A stretch of 64,000 bases of DNA from positions 310,001 through 374,000 of the forward strand of contig JAQGDQ010000109.1 of assembly GCA_030141605.1 (NCBI GenBank), in the 5' to 3' direction. Positions 1 through 11,874 of the stretch are shown piece by piece. The notes below the pieces were generated by a model, which did no database searches, had not been told where the DNA came from, and saw only the letters and a program-made list of their open reading frames with translations. This stretch comes from Tubiluchus corallicola (taxonomy: Eukaryota; Animalia; Priapulida). How positions within the stretch are numbered: the first letter of the stretch is position 1; every line of letters starts with the position of its first letter. Made by a program: the position numbers and the translations under genes.

Positions 1-220
1 CCGACGTGTCAGCCTCTCGAGTGAATTTATAAATAAAGCAAAATAATACTCGCTGCGCTATAATACGCAGCTTCGATAACAGATGAGCTGTTTTGACATT
101 GACAGTGGACGCAATGAAGAGATTTCAAATGTTTAATACAAATGAACGCTTATTTCCACCAAAGCAACCTAACTTTATAGCTATCTAGATTCTCGTAAAG
201 TTGCTTATTTCTGATTAAAT

Positions 221-357
221 TCATTCATTTATTCATTCATTCATTCGTTCATTCATTCATTCATTCATTCATTCATTCATTCATTCATTCATTCATTCAT
301 TCATTCATTCATTCATTCATTCATTCATTCATTCATTCATTCATTCATTCATTCATT
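221..357. repeat. (ATTC)n tetranucleotide microsatellite
   Basis: Near-perfect run of ATTC/TCAT units read directly. Confidence 0.97.
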
Positions 358-3300
358 TAGTCAGTGAATGCGAAACTACTATGTCGCATTCCAATTAAAC
401 AGCTGTTGCAATTAAGAGATATGACGGCTTATTCAAAAAGTGTGACTTATTACAGCTGTAAAATTAAGCATTTTAGCTTTTTTCTCCTGTTCAAGCTTAC
501 GTGTTAGTTGCAAACTTTAGTCACGCTTTTGTTGATGCGTAGAGCGCGTTAGTTTACAAATTTTGCAAACAGTAAGACCCTGGCAGTGCCGTTTTATTTA
601 GGCGAGTAACACAAGGCTTTGTACATTCAAGCAGCTTGCAAAATATCAATATTATATCTGATGCATGACATCTACGTATGTCACGAAAATATAAACCAAG
701 TTGTTTTTTAAGTACACATCAGGCAGCTCGTAGCCATGGCAACCTTTTTTCATACCTTAATTGAAATACGACAAAGCGGATATCGCAGCGTGTGAATTCA
801 TCAGTGTAGCAGCGCTATGCCTTATAAGAATACACTGCTGAAACCATTTAATATCAGAGAAGTTTTTCTTAATCTAGTCAAACATTTGTTATGGTTTATT
901 TTTTCGAAAACCCGGTAATCAGTTTCAACACTACGTAAGTGTTAAGTTCATCCAAGTGTAAGTTTTGTCAAATTTTAATATGTAAGCCTAGTTACGAAGT
1001 TTTTCCAATATAGTAATGTTTGAAAAAATCCTGGTTAAACAGATCGTATGCTACTCTTTGAGAGTTGGGACATTGTTACGTCCGGCTATCCGGAACGGGG
1101 AGCCACCACCAACACCGTTCGATTAGCTTCCCTTTAAATGTTTTTGTTTATTCTCTGGCAGCAGTTTTTGCGCGTTTGTATGGAAACTTTGATGTCATTT
1201 TTTTCCATGATAAAATGGCTGATAGCGATTGTTGTTAGGTTACACTTTTTATGCACTCACTCACCTCAGTTTTTCTCCACTATTGTTATAGAGCCAGCTA
1301 AAACCTCACTTAGGTTGCATAAGATACATTCCTACGTTTTATTTATGACCGATTTAATCAATTAGTATTCGTGGATTGAAATATGAATCCCTAAAATCAT
1401 TCTATTGCTTCTGGGGCTGGATACCATCAGACTGTGGCTTGTGGTGAAATCTAGTGTGCTTTTCATATGCAAAACCAAAAACTCACCCCTCAAAACAATA
1501 ACCTGTCTTTTCTCGACGAAATAAGTACAAAAACTATTAGTAATCATGCTGAACGATAGGCCAAATGATAGTCATTCGCACACGAATCACTCATTCAAAC
1601 TGTGCAGAGTGGTATGTCTAATCTTTTGCTATAGCGGGTACAAAAGCAACGAATAATGCATAGTTCCGAACAATTTATTACACTTAATTATTGCTGAAAC
1701 GATGGAGAATCTATCATGCTTTTAAAAATTATCAAGCAGCGGTTCAGCAGCGGCTTGAAGAACTCAAAATCCTCTAACATGTCTTGCAGATGTTCTCACA
1801 AGCTTAAGTGGACAGTGCCGATCAATGCCAGGTTTTTTTTATCATCTTAGAGTCCCCCTAACTTTCAATATGTACATGTGGTTCCAATGTGTTTGGCGAA
1901 ATTGAGTTAAGAATAGAGTTAAAATTGCACGCTAAATTTTGAGAGCATGATAGATTTGCCATTGTTTCAATAGCACTTTGATATAAAAAATTATCTGTAT
2001 TGTTGCTTGTAATTTTTGACCCCCCTCCCCAGTAAATATTATGTACCAGCTTGTAGTATTTTAAGGGTGCTGGACTAAGCAGCCCGAACAGAAATCTTTG
2101 CAAAGATTTTTTGGAATGGGTAATGAATTACGGGAAAAGTGATAAATTATTTTTGTGTGGGTGACGATTGGAAAAAATCAAAGCAAATACTTATCTAAGA
2201 TACAGTATATTTAGAATTGTACTGTAGACTACGGAATGTACTATTCTATGTTTTGTATAAAGGCCAAATGTGAATCGTAGTCTTAAAGTGGTTACAACTT
2301 GTCACAAAAATGTAGAGTAATGTCGCGAACTTCAAAAATCGGCACAGAGCATCTCGACACCATGTCGCGAACTTGTAACAATTCTAGTTATTTTTGTTTG
2401 CTCTTAAAGTGTGGGAGTTTTTAAGCTACCAGACTGAAAGTTTTTTGTATCTAGAAGTTCATGAAAAGCATATTATTAGTATTTTGTCGATCTTTACTGT
2501 AGTTCCTAGCTAGAGATAAATAAAAGCAAAGAACGAATGATTAAAACAATAATACGATTACCTATTTGCAACAATAGTACAATGTTAGACAACATGTTGA
2601 AATTCAACAATAAATATGTTAAAACGTTATACTAAGTTACAGTCATGAATATTAGTACAAATTTCTCTATTTATCTGTGCACAGTTTCGTACTATATATG
2701 TACTCTCTAAATCGCCTGGTTTTAACCACAAATTGGTTAAAAACATGTTAGAAATTGTTAAAACCTGTTCCAACCATTTCAAGCGCCAGGCAGGTTTCCC
2801 CCCCCCCCCCCCCCCAAGGATCTGCTTTCTGTGTACACTCTTATACTACCATAGGCATTTAGATAATTACGTAGTTCTTGAAGCGATGATAGTAGTGATT
2901 TACTTGGCTTTAAAGTTATAAAGTTATTCATTACAATTAAGCAACAGAAGTTTACGTTACTACTATACATGGAATACTTCTTAACTAGCTTAAAGTAGAA
3001 TAATATACAATAATTGTCCAATCGGAAAGATGTTTCAGACAAGTAATATCGATCAGGTCTGGCTTTGCTTGAAAATAAAAACCGCAAACTATGCATTGTT
3101 GTTATATTTTTATTGATATCACTTTAGTGAGGATATCCTAAAGTACACTAAAATCAGTATATAATTTATAACTGTTTTATTTGTAACTTCAATATCTATA
3201 CAAAATGAACGGCCACGTATCCGACGTAATTTTGCCTGCGGTTTTTCCAGGAAAAGAACTCGCGAACGCTTATTACTGAATTACAAGCCTGAAAAGCTAG

Positions 3301-5451
3301 TGGCCTCTGGCTTCCCTTTATAAATGTAGGAAATCAATGAATAATGGCTTAGCAAACAAAACATGTTTATTAGTTACAAGGCAACTCATTTCGGGTCAGG
3401 GCATACAGTGAGAAATACACACTGCCGCTGTACTTTAGAACTTGTAGTATTTATTTAGTTGTTTTTGTTAAAATGCCAATTTAGTGTAAATCGTAGTCAA
3501 TGTTGTACGGTAGCATAGTCCTTCAATTTTCGCTTTCGCGAAAACTGGCAACACACTCGTGGAATGTTTTGTGCGGTTAAAAATTGTGCAATTGTGACGT
3601 CATCACTAGCTGGGTTCGCCGGCCGTTAATTAAGTTCTTAACCTATTTTTTAATTTTTAAGTTTTTAACCTATTTTTTAATTGTCAGAAGCGTTTGGTAT
3701 TAAAACATATACTTTTTACCGTATTTTTAAAATCGAGTAGGATATGAAAAATAATCCTGTTTTTCTCTAAACTTGTTAATAAGAACTTGTTTGGGACGTC
3801 ATGCATAATCATATTATCGTTGGTAGCCCATGAAATGACTTTCACGTTTGACCTCCACTCCTAAGCAACAGAGTTTTGTGTAATAAGACGGAATAGAAAT
3901 TTTCTAAATGCATGACAGTCGAAAGTTACAAGCTTGGAAATGAACCCACGGCCTTTCGACATTAATGCGGTAATTAGCGTGGTCGATTTGTGTGCTACGC
4001 ATAATGCCACCGGTCATACAGCAAGTGATCACGTTACTACTAGGTTACACGTAGAGGTTATCTTGTGTGGCTTCAGAAGCCATTGTAATATATAATTATA
4101 TGATCTAACCTTCGTGAACAATCAGCGAATTGCTCTAGATAATTAACTGACTTGCAAACACAAAAATCTGTAATAGAATATAAAGTTTGATCTATGTTAT
4201 GCGTAGCGATGTCTTTTACTTACATAATGTATAGATAATGGTAAGCCAATTGGAATTGGTGCAAAAAATAGAAAGAGGTTTTCAAAATTTGATAATATTT
4301 GACTCAGTTAAATTTAAAAACCATATAGTATACTGCACAATTTGATGAAAAAGACTTCGTATTGGAAAATTCGTTACGAGTCTTTAACAGATTTTCAAGA
4401 GTTGTCAGCGTGTATTACACAACTGTTTATGTATGCGTGCATTAGTAATAGTTTAAAGTTGTATTCGTAGTTGAATAACTTATTTCTGTTCAAAATTCCA
4501 AGATTTCATATAGAATTTAATTGTTAGAATGAATACCTGAAAGCTAGTAATATTGTCAGTTGAGTACCATGAAGCTACGATGTAAAATATATACTTTTTT
4601 AAACGGTTTCATCATATTCAGTGCATCAGTCAGGAACAACGCCCTGACAGTTATAAGCATCATCTTGATAAATGATCATTTGCAATTCTTTAGCAAATGG
4701 AGTTGTGCGGTATTTCTGTTAATTGACTTAATTCTAATTAAATCTAAATGAATACTATGCTAAACTAAAATCAAACATCTGTAAATTCTGTTATTGCTAT
4801 AATTTTATTTATAACTTGCAGTTACATGTATACCAGTTTACAAGGCAACTTATTCACAAATAAGTGCAGTTCAATGAAAAACAGTATATATAACCAACTA
4901 ATACTACCGTAATTATGCGAATATATTTTAGCTTTTGGCGCAGAAAAAAATTCGTAAGTTGCCCTCTGGTTTTAGTAAAAACCTTTACAGCAGTTGATCT
5001 GTAACCTGCATGAAAAGGCACTAAGATAGTTAGAAATAGTATAAACAAATTCTCCAACAAGTTCGACTACAACTTTTGGTCGAGGGATTCATTAAACTCA
5101 AGATGGTAATATGAAATTTGTTCTAGTATTTTCCTTTACAAAAAAGAACAAGATAACGTAGTCAGTTTTACAGTTATTTCGGTGGATAATGTATCGCGTA
5201 TTTGTGAAAATTGTAATTTCATGCATACATTAGTATTTCATGCAAGTGATTTTGCCGTTTGGGGGCATTCACAAACAACTAAGGCTGTGAAATCTTGTGT
5301 TACAAAACTTCGTAGGCATAGAATTTGTGCGTCTATTATTGTACGCGCGGTGTAGCTTTATAACTTCATTGTTTAACCGTGTCTTACACTTCTTTAGCTG
5401 TACGACGTGTGTGATTTTACTAACATTTATTTAACACATGCGGTGCGAAAG

Positions 5452-8400
5452 CTATTGTTTGACTTTTTGTGTACTTTTCTTACTATCTTGTTTCTGCATC
5501 TCTTCTTTAATATATTCATTGTACTTTTCACGAATATCACTCAAATCTCTTGTACACAAATTCTGCACGTGACAGGCACAGCCCAAGGCCCAGTGAGATG
5601 GATTTTCATTACTGTGCCCATGTCTGTTTCGTATACCAAACCATCTGTAAACATGAAACTTACGCTTAGCCACCTTTAGTTCTATACAGTGAAACTCTTC
5701 TTCTGAAAAGAATGGTTCGGCATCGGCTATGCTTGTTCTCATCGCATTTCCTTTGTTCCATACATATTCGTCATCTATGGTACATCCTGTAATAAACACA
5801 TATAACTTTTGCTTCCGCAGAACATTTTCGCTGCTAGCAGTTGTCAACTTCGTCCACAAAGTGTCAGCACCATCCAAGTCTCGTTGAGGTATGTGCTCAT
5901 TTAAAAGTTCCATAAACTCGGTCATGCTTGACGTGTTTACCATTTTGTCAATAGCTCCTTCAAGTTTGATATGTGCTTCTTCAGCATTTTTTAATGTGAG
6001 CTGTCGCTGATATTCATCAAAGTACTTTTTTGATACCAGTGACTTTAGATAATCCTCCCTTTCAGCTTTAGTAATTAGTGGCGCAAGTAAGAAAACGTTG
6101 TTTTTTATGTCGACTCGGTTATACAATTGATTTTTAGAAGAAACCGCTTGAATAGCATTGCAGTCCAAGAATTCGTCCCAGTCGCCTTCTATGCCACACA
6201 TATCTCCTGGTTTGAAATTCTTTAATAATGCTGACATCTCCATTCTGAAACCTTCTGGTGTTAAATATTGTCCACACTTATCCATAACTGAAACAGCCAT
6301 AATCAACATTGCTGGAAGCTTCCAGTCGCCTCTGAATTTGGCAACTTCAGTAGCTAGTAGGTCTCGATCGTAGTCATTGTAAAATACCAACGTTTCTGGT
6401 TCAGGAACAAACAGAGGTTGCACTGGTGTAGCCTTTCTGGAGACATCAGTCATTCCCAGAAAAGTGTCCAGCAGTGTGTCGAAATCTCGAGGCTTTGCAG
6501 TTGACATAAGTCTCCTAACGTGGTGATAATTTTCAAGGGATATCATTACCCTTAGTAAGTTCTTATAGTCAATGTTAGCTGCCAAAGATTGGTGCCTGCA
6601 AAGCAGGAAACATGCCAACTTGTTAAGACTGCTGATGTCTTGACGTCCAGTTAGATAAGCACCAAGATTATGACCTTCTAGCAAAATGTCTTGCTCCAAA
6701 CAACCAGATCCTCCCACAGCAGTAGTGTCATACTTAAACATTTTAGGTGAGGTAGAGTCATAGTACTGAAGAGTTTTGATAATGTTTAAGAAAGTCGTGC
6801 TTCCTACGGTAGATATTGCGTCCTCACACATTTGCCTAAGTAGGCAAACTGCAACTGCTGTTAGCTGAGCAGCATTGTCATATGCTACAGGTGCAATCAT
6901 CTTGCGCATAGACACACTAGCGTGTGCTTGTAGGAATGATGTCCTGCATGCATCATAGAACAAAGCATTGTATTTTGATCTGACTGGCAGCACACCTGTA
7001 ATGCACTTATCAGACATCCCATATGCATGAAGAGCCTCACCTTCACCCTGCTCAAATGCAAGCCACAGGTCCTGTTGTGAAAGCATGAGTCCTGGGTATA
7101 CTTCACGGACAGTGTACTGCCAAGGATCGGGTAAATTTCCTTGTTGTGCATCATAAGCTATGCCTACTAGTCCTACTATTTTCAGTAGATCTATAGTGTC
7201 AAGTTCTTCAAGCCTTGAACCCATCTCTTTAACCGTCTCGATAGTATCTTTATCAGCACAGTAACTATAAAATGAAACGTCTTCATTCATATCTGTTGTA
7301 GGAAGGTTTATGATTCGTTTAATGCTGTTTACCAATTTATTATTTACTTCGTCAACAAATGTCCGGCGAGCCAGTCTCCGAGCCGAAGAATGTGCAGAAT
7401 CTGCTTCCCTTAAAAATTCTGCTTGGTTAAAAGAATTCATTTCTGCGACTCTATTTTTATTACAAAGTTCTGCTAAAACTGACAAAATTGATTTTCGTTT
7501 TGCTTCAGACTTTTTGCAAAGAGCTTCTGCTCGAATTCTTAAACTGTGCTGAATCTGTCTTTGAGTGCCATGTTGGGCTTGATTAGACACATTTTTTACA
7601 ATTGCATTTTTGAAGTATGTTTCTAAAGATTTAATAAATTGCTGTATCATTACAATTGTGTCACGTGCAGACTCTGTCCCAAGTACATGCAGGCCACGTA
7701 GTTTTTTATCAGTCATGCTTAGAAAATTCTTTATCATAAATTCATTTTCTATTTCTTTTTCTATGATTTTAATTGACATGTCATCAAGAAATAACTTTGC
7801 ACTCTTATGTGAAACCAAAAAATGTGTAGGCTGAGATCCATTACACCAAACCTTACTGAGGGCACTAGGCTTATCCCATGGAGTCAGTTTTATTACTGGT
7901 ATGTCTGACCTCAATATGTGACAAGCCATAGATGTATTTTCTTTTAAGGTCGCTGATATTTTTGAAAAGAATTTACCGATAGCCTCTTCTCCAGAATCAC
8001 ATTCGATAATTTGTGGTGAGACAGCCGGGTGGTTATTCCACTGAAACCAAGCACTGATCGCTCGCGTATCACCTGAACTGCCCGTGTTTAACCGCATTCC
8101 AATGACATGTATGGTGTGACCATGGCTAGGATTTTTAGCTATTGTGTTTTCGTTTGTGTTCAAAAATTCAGCCGTATCATGTAGCTCACCATCAGAAATC
8201 ACAAGTAGCTGAATAAGCGATCCTTGATCAAACTTACTTATTATTTCTTCAAATGCAGGCACTGCACCTGTCATGTGTGTTGTACCACGTGCTCTGATGT
8301 CTTTACTTCTAAGTTCTGATGGAGAAATTTGCACAAACGTTTCAATCTCACTATCAAATGCTATCACACTTAAGGTCGCTAAGTCCATTGTCTTGGCCAG

Positions 8401-8616
8401 ATTAGCTGCTTGTAAGATGCATAGGTTTGTACTGCCGCCCATTGACCCACTGCGATCCATAATAATGATCAATTGAGGTTTCTGTTTTACTACCTTTGGA
8501 TTGAAATTAGATAAGTCTAATGCCAGAAGGTGCTCTTCACTGGAAATGGTGGTAATGTATGCTTGGACATCACAGGCTGGGTCCTTGCTATCTTGTTCCT
8601 GTCCCATTTTATCCAT
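5452..8616 (-). CDS. vWA-domain protein (about 1054 aa), intronless CDS, long uncharacterised C-terminal region
   Basis: Uninterrupted ORF of about 3.2 kb. The N-terminal vWA has a complete MIDAS: IIIMDRSGSM (DxSxS), RGTTHM (T) and LLVISDGE (D). A minus-strand acceptor tttgcttcag|GAAAATGGAT at 8621 suggests the start is the ATG at 8616 (MDKMGQ), not 8649. A minus-strand AATAAA lies near 4805. Confidence 0.88.
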   Translation of the reverse strand: MDKMGQEQDSKDPACDVQAYITTISSEEHLLALDLSNFNPKVVKQKPQLIIIMDRSGSMGGSTNLCILQAANLAKTMDLATLSVIAFDSEIETFVQISPSELRSKDIRARGTTHMTGAVPAFEEIISKFDQGSLIQLLVISDGELHDTAEFLNTNENTIAKNPSHGHTIHVIGMRLNTGSSGDTRAISAWFQWNNHPAVSPQIIECDSGEEAIGKFFSKISATLKENTSMACHILRSDIPVIKLTPWDKPSALSKVWCNGSQPTHFLVSHKSAKLFLDDMSIKIIEKEIENEFMIKNFLSMTDKKLRGLHVLGTESARDTIVMIQQFIKSLETYFKNAIVKNVSNQAQHGTQRQIQHSLRIRAEALCKKSEAKRKSILSVLAELCNKNRVAEMNSFNQAEFLREADSAHSSARRLARRTFVDEVNNKLVNSIKRIINLPTTDMNEDVSFYSYCADKDTIETVKEMGSRLEELDTIDLLKIVGLVGIAYDAQQGNLPDPWQYTVREVYPGLMLSQQDLWLAFEQGEGEALHAYGMSDKCITGVLPVRSKYNALFYDACRTSFLQAHASVSMRKMIAPVAYDNAAQLTAVAVCLLRQMCEDAISTVGSTTFLNIIKTLQYYDSTSPKMFKYDTTAVGGSGCLEQDILLEGHNLGAYLTGRQDISSLNKLACFLLCRHQSLAANIDYKNLLRVMISLENYHHVRRLMSTAKPRDFDTLLDTFLGMTDVSRKATPVQPLFVPEPETLVFYNDYDRDLLATEVAKFRGDWKLPAMLIMAVSVMDKCGQYLTPEGFRMEMSALLKNFKPGDMCGIEGDWDEFLDCNAIQAVSSKNQLYNRVDIKNNVFLLAPLITKAEREDYLKSLVSKKYFDEYQRQLTLKNAEEAHIKLEGAIDKMVNTSSMTEFMELLNEHIPQRDLDGADTLWTKLTTASSENVLRKQKLYVFITGCTIDDEYVWNKGNAMRTSIADAEPFFSEEEFHCIELKVAKRKFHVYRWFGIRNRHGHSNENPSHWALGCACHVQNLCTRDLSDIREKYNEYIKEEMQKQDSKKSTQKVKQ

Positions 8617-9274
8617 TTTCCTGAAGCAAAGTATTGATACTTGTAACATTTTCGCAAAAATAAATTACTTTAGATCTTACATTATAGAAACATTAAGATT
8701 TAAGATACTGTAATATAGCATTCAGTTGAGCAATTTTTTATATGCATTATGAACGTTGAAACTCATTGTAAATGTAGCCCACAGTAATCGATATCGTTAC
8801 CGTTGACATTCCTACCCCACATGACTCAAACCAGTGACCCTCTTGACAGAGCTGGCCGGAAGCTGTAAACTTGGTCTACAACTCACGAACTGCAATGTTC
8901 ATGATGCAAACATAGAGGTCTATGGCTTATTGAATACATAAAAAATATTACATTCCTGCTAAAATCACGTAAATAATAGCAATAAGCTTACCAAACGTAT
9001 GTGTATACTTCAACTGAATAACAAAACTTTTTATATCTGCGTTTCCCACCTAAAAGCTATCTACAAAAGAAAAGATTATTGGTAATATATGTGAATATTT
9101 AATAAAAATATACAATTGCTTTACCAGAATTTATATATTTTAATTTTCTTTGATTTTATTATTAATTTCTGTGGCGCACAATCACTTCGCCGGAGTTCAT
9201 CCACAAACAAAAATTACAGGATTAAATTCACACACTTCTGTAGTTTCATCGCCGACAATATGCTTAATTACATT

Positions 9275-10295
9275 GCCGATCAAAGTACAAGTTTGCTGTT
9301 ATATGTATATAATAACCAAAATTTCACAGCACTAGCACAATGTTGCGTTAGCTATAAACGTCTATAACACTACACTATTTGTTGTGATTGCAGTATGCGT
9401 ATAGGCAAAGCTTGGTATATTGCATCATCTCCCAACACATGAGCCATATGCAGTTCAACAAATAAACAAAGACCATAAATGCAACGTTAGCTATACTAGC
9501 GTATTTTGGGCTAAACTCGTCAGTATTGTAATAAACCAGGTTCTTTTGACCATAAAACCGCTAACCCGAATGAAGTGACACCCGACTATCTGTACGCACA
9601 GAAATTTGTGGTCTGCATAGCGCTGCAGGCATGAGATTATCACCATGCAACTTAGAAGGAAGGTCTAGCGTTTCGGGGTAAATTAAGCTTATTTCAACGT
9701 TCGAGAAAAATTTTAAAATGTTTTCGTAATAAAAGTGCGACAAGAGATTTCGTGTAATTAGTAAAATCGCGATCAATACACGCTTGGGCACTCCCATTTT
9801 GAACGCCCAGTCTTCTTATAATGACGTCGTTCATCGGCTGAAGAAAAGTAGCGCATTATCAATTTCCAGGCGGATTCAATCAAAATTTTCCACAAATGTA
9901 ATGTAGTAGTTTGCATTCTCTGGTGTAGCTCAACACTGAAGTATGACTTAAAAGTGACGGGTTTAGCGTGTTCACGCGTTTTGCCCAAAAATACGCCACT
10001 CACAGCACAGATACCATTATTGCGCTATATTATGTAGGCAAAACTTGATAGTATTGCGTCATTACATTTACATGAATTTTATCAGTTGTTTGCTGAACTT
10101 TCACGTTAAATTATAGTTTAATCACACGCTGTCGATCAAAGTACAAGCTCCCCCTTATATACTAATAAAAATTTCACAGCACTGCATAAATGTTACAATA
10201 GGCATAATACTACGACACAGTTGCTATGATTGTACCATATGTAGGCAGAACTTAGTGTTATTGCATCATTACGTATACATGAGTTTCGTCAGTTT
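9275..10295. repeat. Diverged direct repeats (two long copies and one partial)
   Basis: CGATCAAAGTACAAG...AAAATTTCACAGCACT...TAGGCA.A.CTT...ATTGCATCAT occurs at about 9275-9430 and 10130-10295. A partial copy lies at about 10020-10090. Confidence 0.7.
9499..9996. mobile_element. Putative MITE (about 500 bp, imperfect TIRs of about 22 bp)
   Basis: The left end GCGTATTTTGGGCTAAACTCGT (9499-9520) matches the reverse complement of 9974-9996, GCGTATTTTTGGGCAAAACGCGT. The interior has no credible ORF. Confidence 0.5.
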
Positions 10296-10669
10296 GTGGC
10301 TCGCGTGCCATGCCGATGAAATTCGTTCTACCTATTCCGCAGTAATATACGTTCGTCTTTACACGAGTATAGTCCATTGCGATGAGTCAGTGTACCGATT
10401 TAGCAAGTATCCTATGAGATACAAACATATGTTGTAGATGACCTTACTCATAGCCAAGCAACGAATACGTTTCAAAATAGTAAATTAGGTAATGCAGTTA
10501 AGGAACTTTCCAATCAAGCAGAGCAGAACAGCATGTTACTCAGCTGCTAGCAGATTTTCATTTTAAGGCACTCTTGTTAATCTAGTTAGAGCATATATTA
10601 CATATATTCGTCGCATTTCGTCTCATTTTAGAAAACGCAATTGTCGTCTGGCACTCTTGTATTGCTACT

Positions 10670-11215
10670 ACACAAACAAAAGAGTTTGAAAACTTCAAGA
10701 AAGGGTGCGCAAAATAATACTACATAGTAATTAGAGAACGTACTTTGTAATCTAAAACTTTAATTACTGGGGGGCGAACTAAACAGAGTTTAAAATTTGA
10801 AAGCAAATTAAAAAATTCAAGGCATAGCAATTTAGTTCCTGCAAGAAGGAAAAAGCGGATCTAAGATCGACTAGAAATAAAGAAAGATATGTTGAAGAAA
10901 AACTAGAAACGATTAGATATTATAAGTCATCTTTACAGTATTTAATTAGATTACTGAATGGTAAAGATCACAAGAAATGAAATGAAACGTCTTGGATAAT
11001 TTAGTTAATAGTTGATTTGCATAACTCGTATTTGCTTTTCATATGGGACAGATGTTTTGATAAATGTATTTTTATGTAAACTGCGTGAACAGTTAGTATA
11101 ACTTAGTAAATTATTGTGTGCTTTTAAATTTTGAAATTGTTTTTACCATTTAAATATACACAGTAATTCAGTTTTTACCGTAATGTGTTGTTTAATAAAT
11201 TACTTACTACTAATA
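10670..11215 (+). mobile_element. Degenerate 3' fragment of a CR1/L2-group LINE
   Basis: Frameshifted translation at about 10900-10965 gives KTRND/RYYKSSLQYLIRLLNG, similar to the 'RT.RY..S...Y.IRLLN' end of L2/Crack ORF2. It is followed by an AT-rich 3' UTR ending AATAAAT-TACTTACTACTAATAC. Confidence 0.55.
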
Positions 11216-11224
11216 CATATTTAA

Positions 11225-11863
11225 AGCACAAGAAAACCCTCAACTTATATGAAGCTTAAAAATTCGTCTTGAAATTTTATACCACTTACATATTACCTTT
11301 TCACATGCAGGGCCTGCATCGGCTGCAAAGCGGCTTAAAACTTGCAAATTTAAACTCCCGCGATAACTGTTTGGTGCAGCCATTTTGGTGGTATGTCGTT
11401 TGAAACAAATTTAGATAACACTAAGTTTGAAAAAATAATCAGCATTCGTAGCATACATGTTGCTAACTGAGTAAAATTTTAAATTACTGTATCTTGTCAA
11501 AATACGTTTTGGTTAGTGAGTGGTGTACCCTGGAGGGTAAATCAACGACATTTTACCAATTCACACAAACACTTTAAATTATTATTTCTAGTTACAGCAG
11601 GTAAGCGAAATGCTAAGCAACGTAAATTTGCATGGAATTTTTTGGGACATAATTTAACATTGCCTTTTCTTCCCCTGATTTACGTTTGCGTAGTGACGTC
11701 ATGTAATGGCGCCGTCGGAACAGTATTGCTGGAGATTTAAAATGAAAACAAACAAAAATTCCTTTTAACAAGAATACGATATATGCATAAAATTGCTGTA
11801 AAGTAGTATAATTTTTCAAGGCGATTTTCTGTAACTTACTCCTGGTACCTCTTTTCTTGTCCT
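11225..11863. mobile_element. Kolobok-like non-autonomous DNA transposon
   Basis: TTAA flanks both sides (11221-11224 and 11864-11867). The termini AGCACAAGAAAA and TTTTCTTGTCCT form an 11/12 inverted match starting with AG. Internal GCCATTTTG and GTGACGTCA motifs are present. Confidence 0.7.
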
Positions 11864-11874
11864 TTAAGGTAAAT

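Noticed and set aside
5284-9331. Terminal inverted repeats flanking the vWA gene (GCTGTGAAAT / ATTTCACAGC)
   Set aside because: The perfect match is only about 10 bp, with no TSD and no transposase. It is plausible by chance.
11516-11600. Upstream AK-like exon (…KLLFLVTAG|gtaag, phase 1)
   Set aside because: The phase fits, but it lies inside the Kolobok-like element and the peptide match is weak. It cannot be supported without RNA data.
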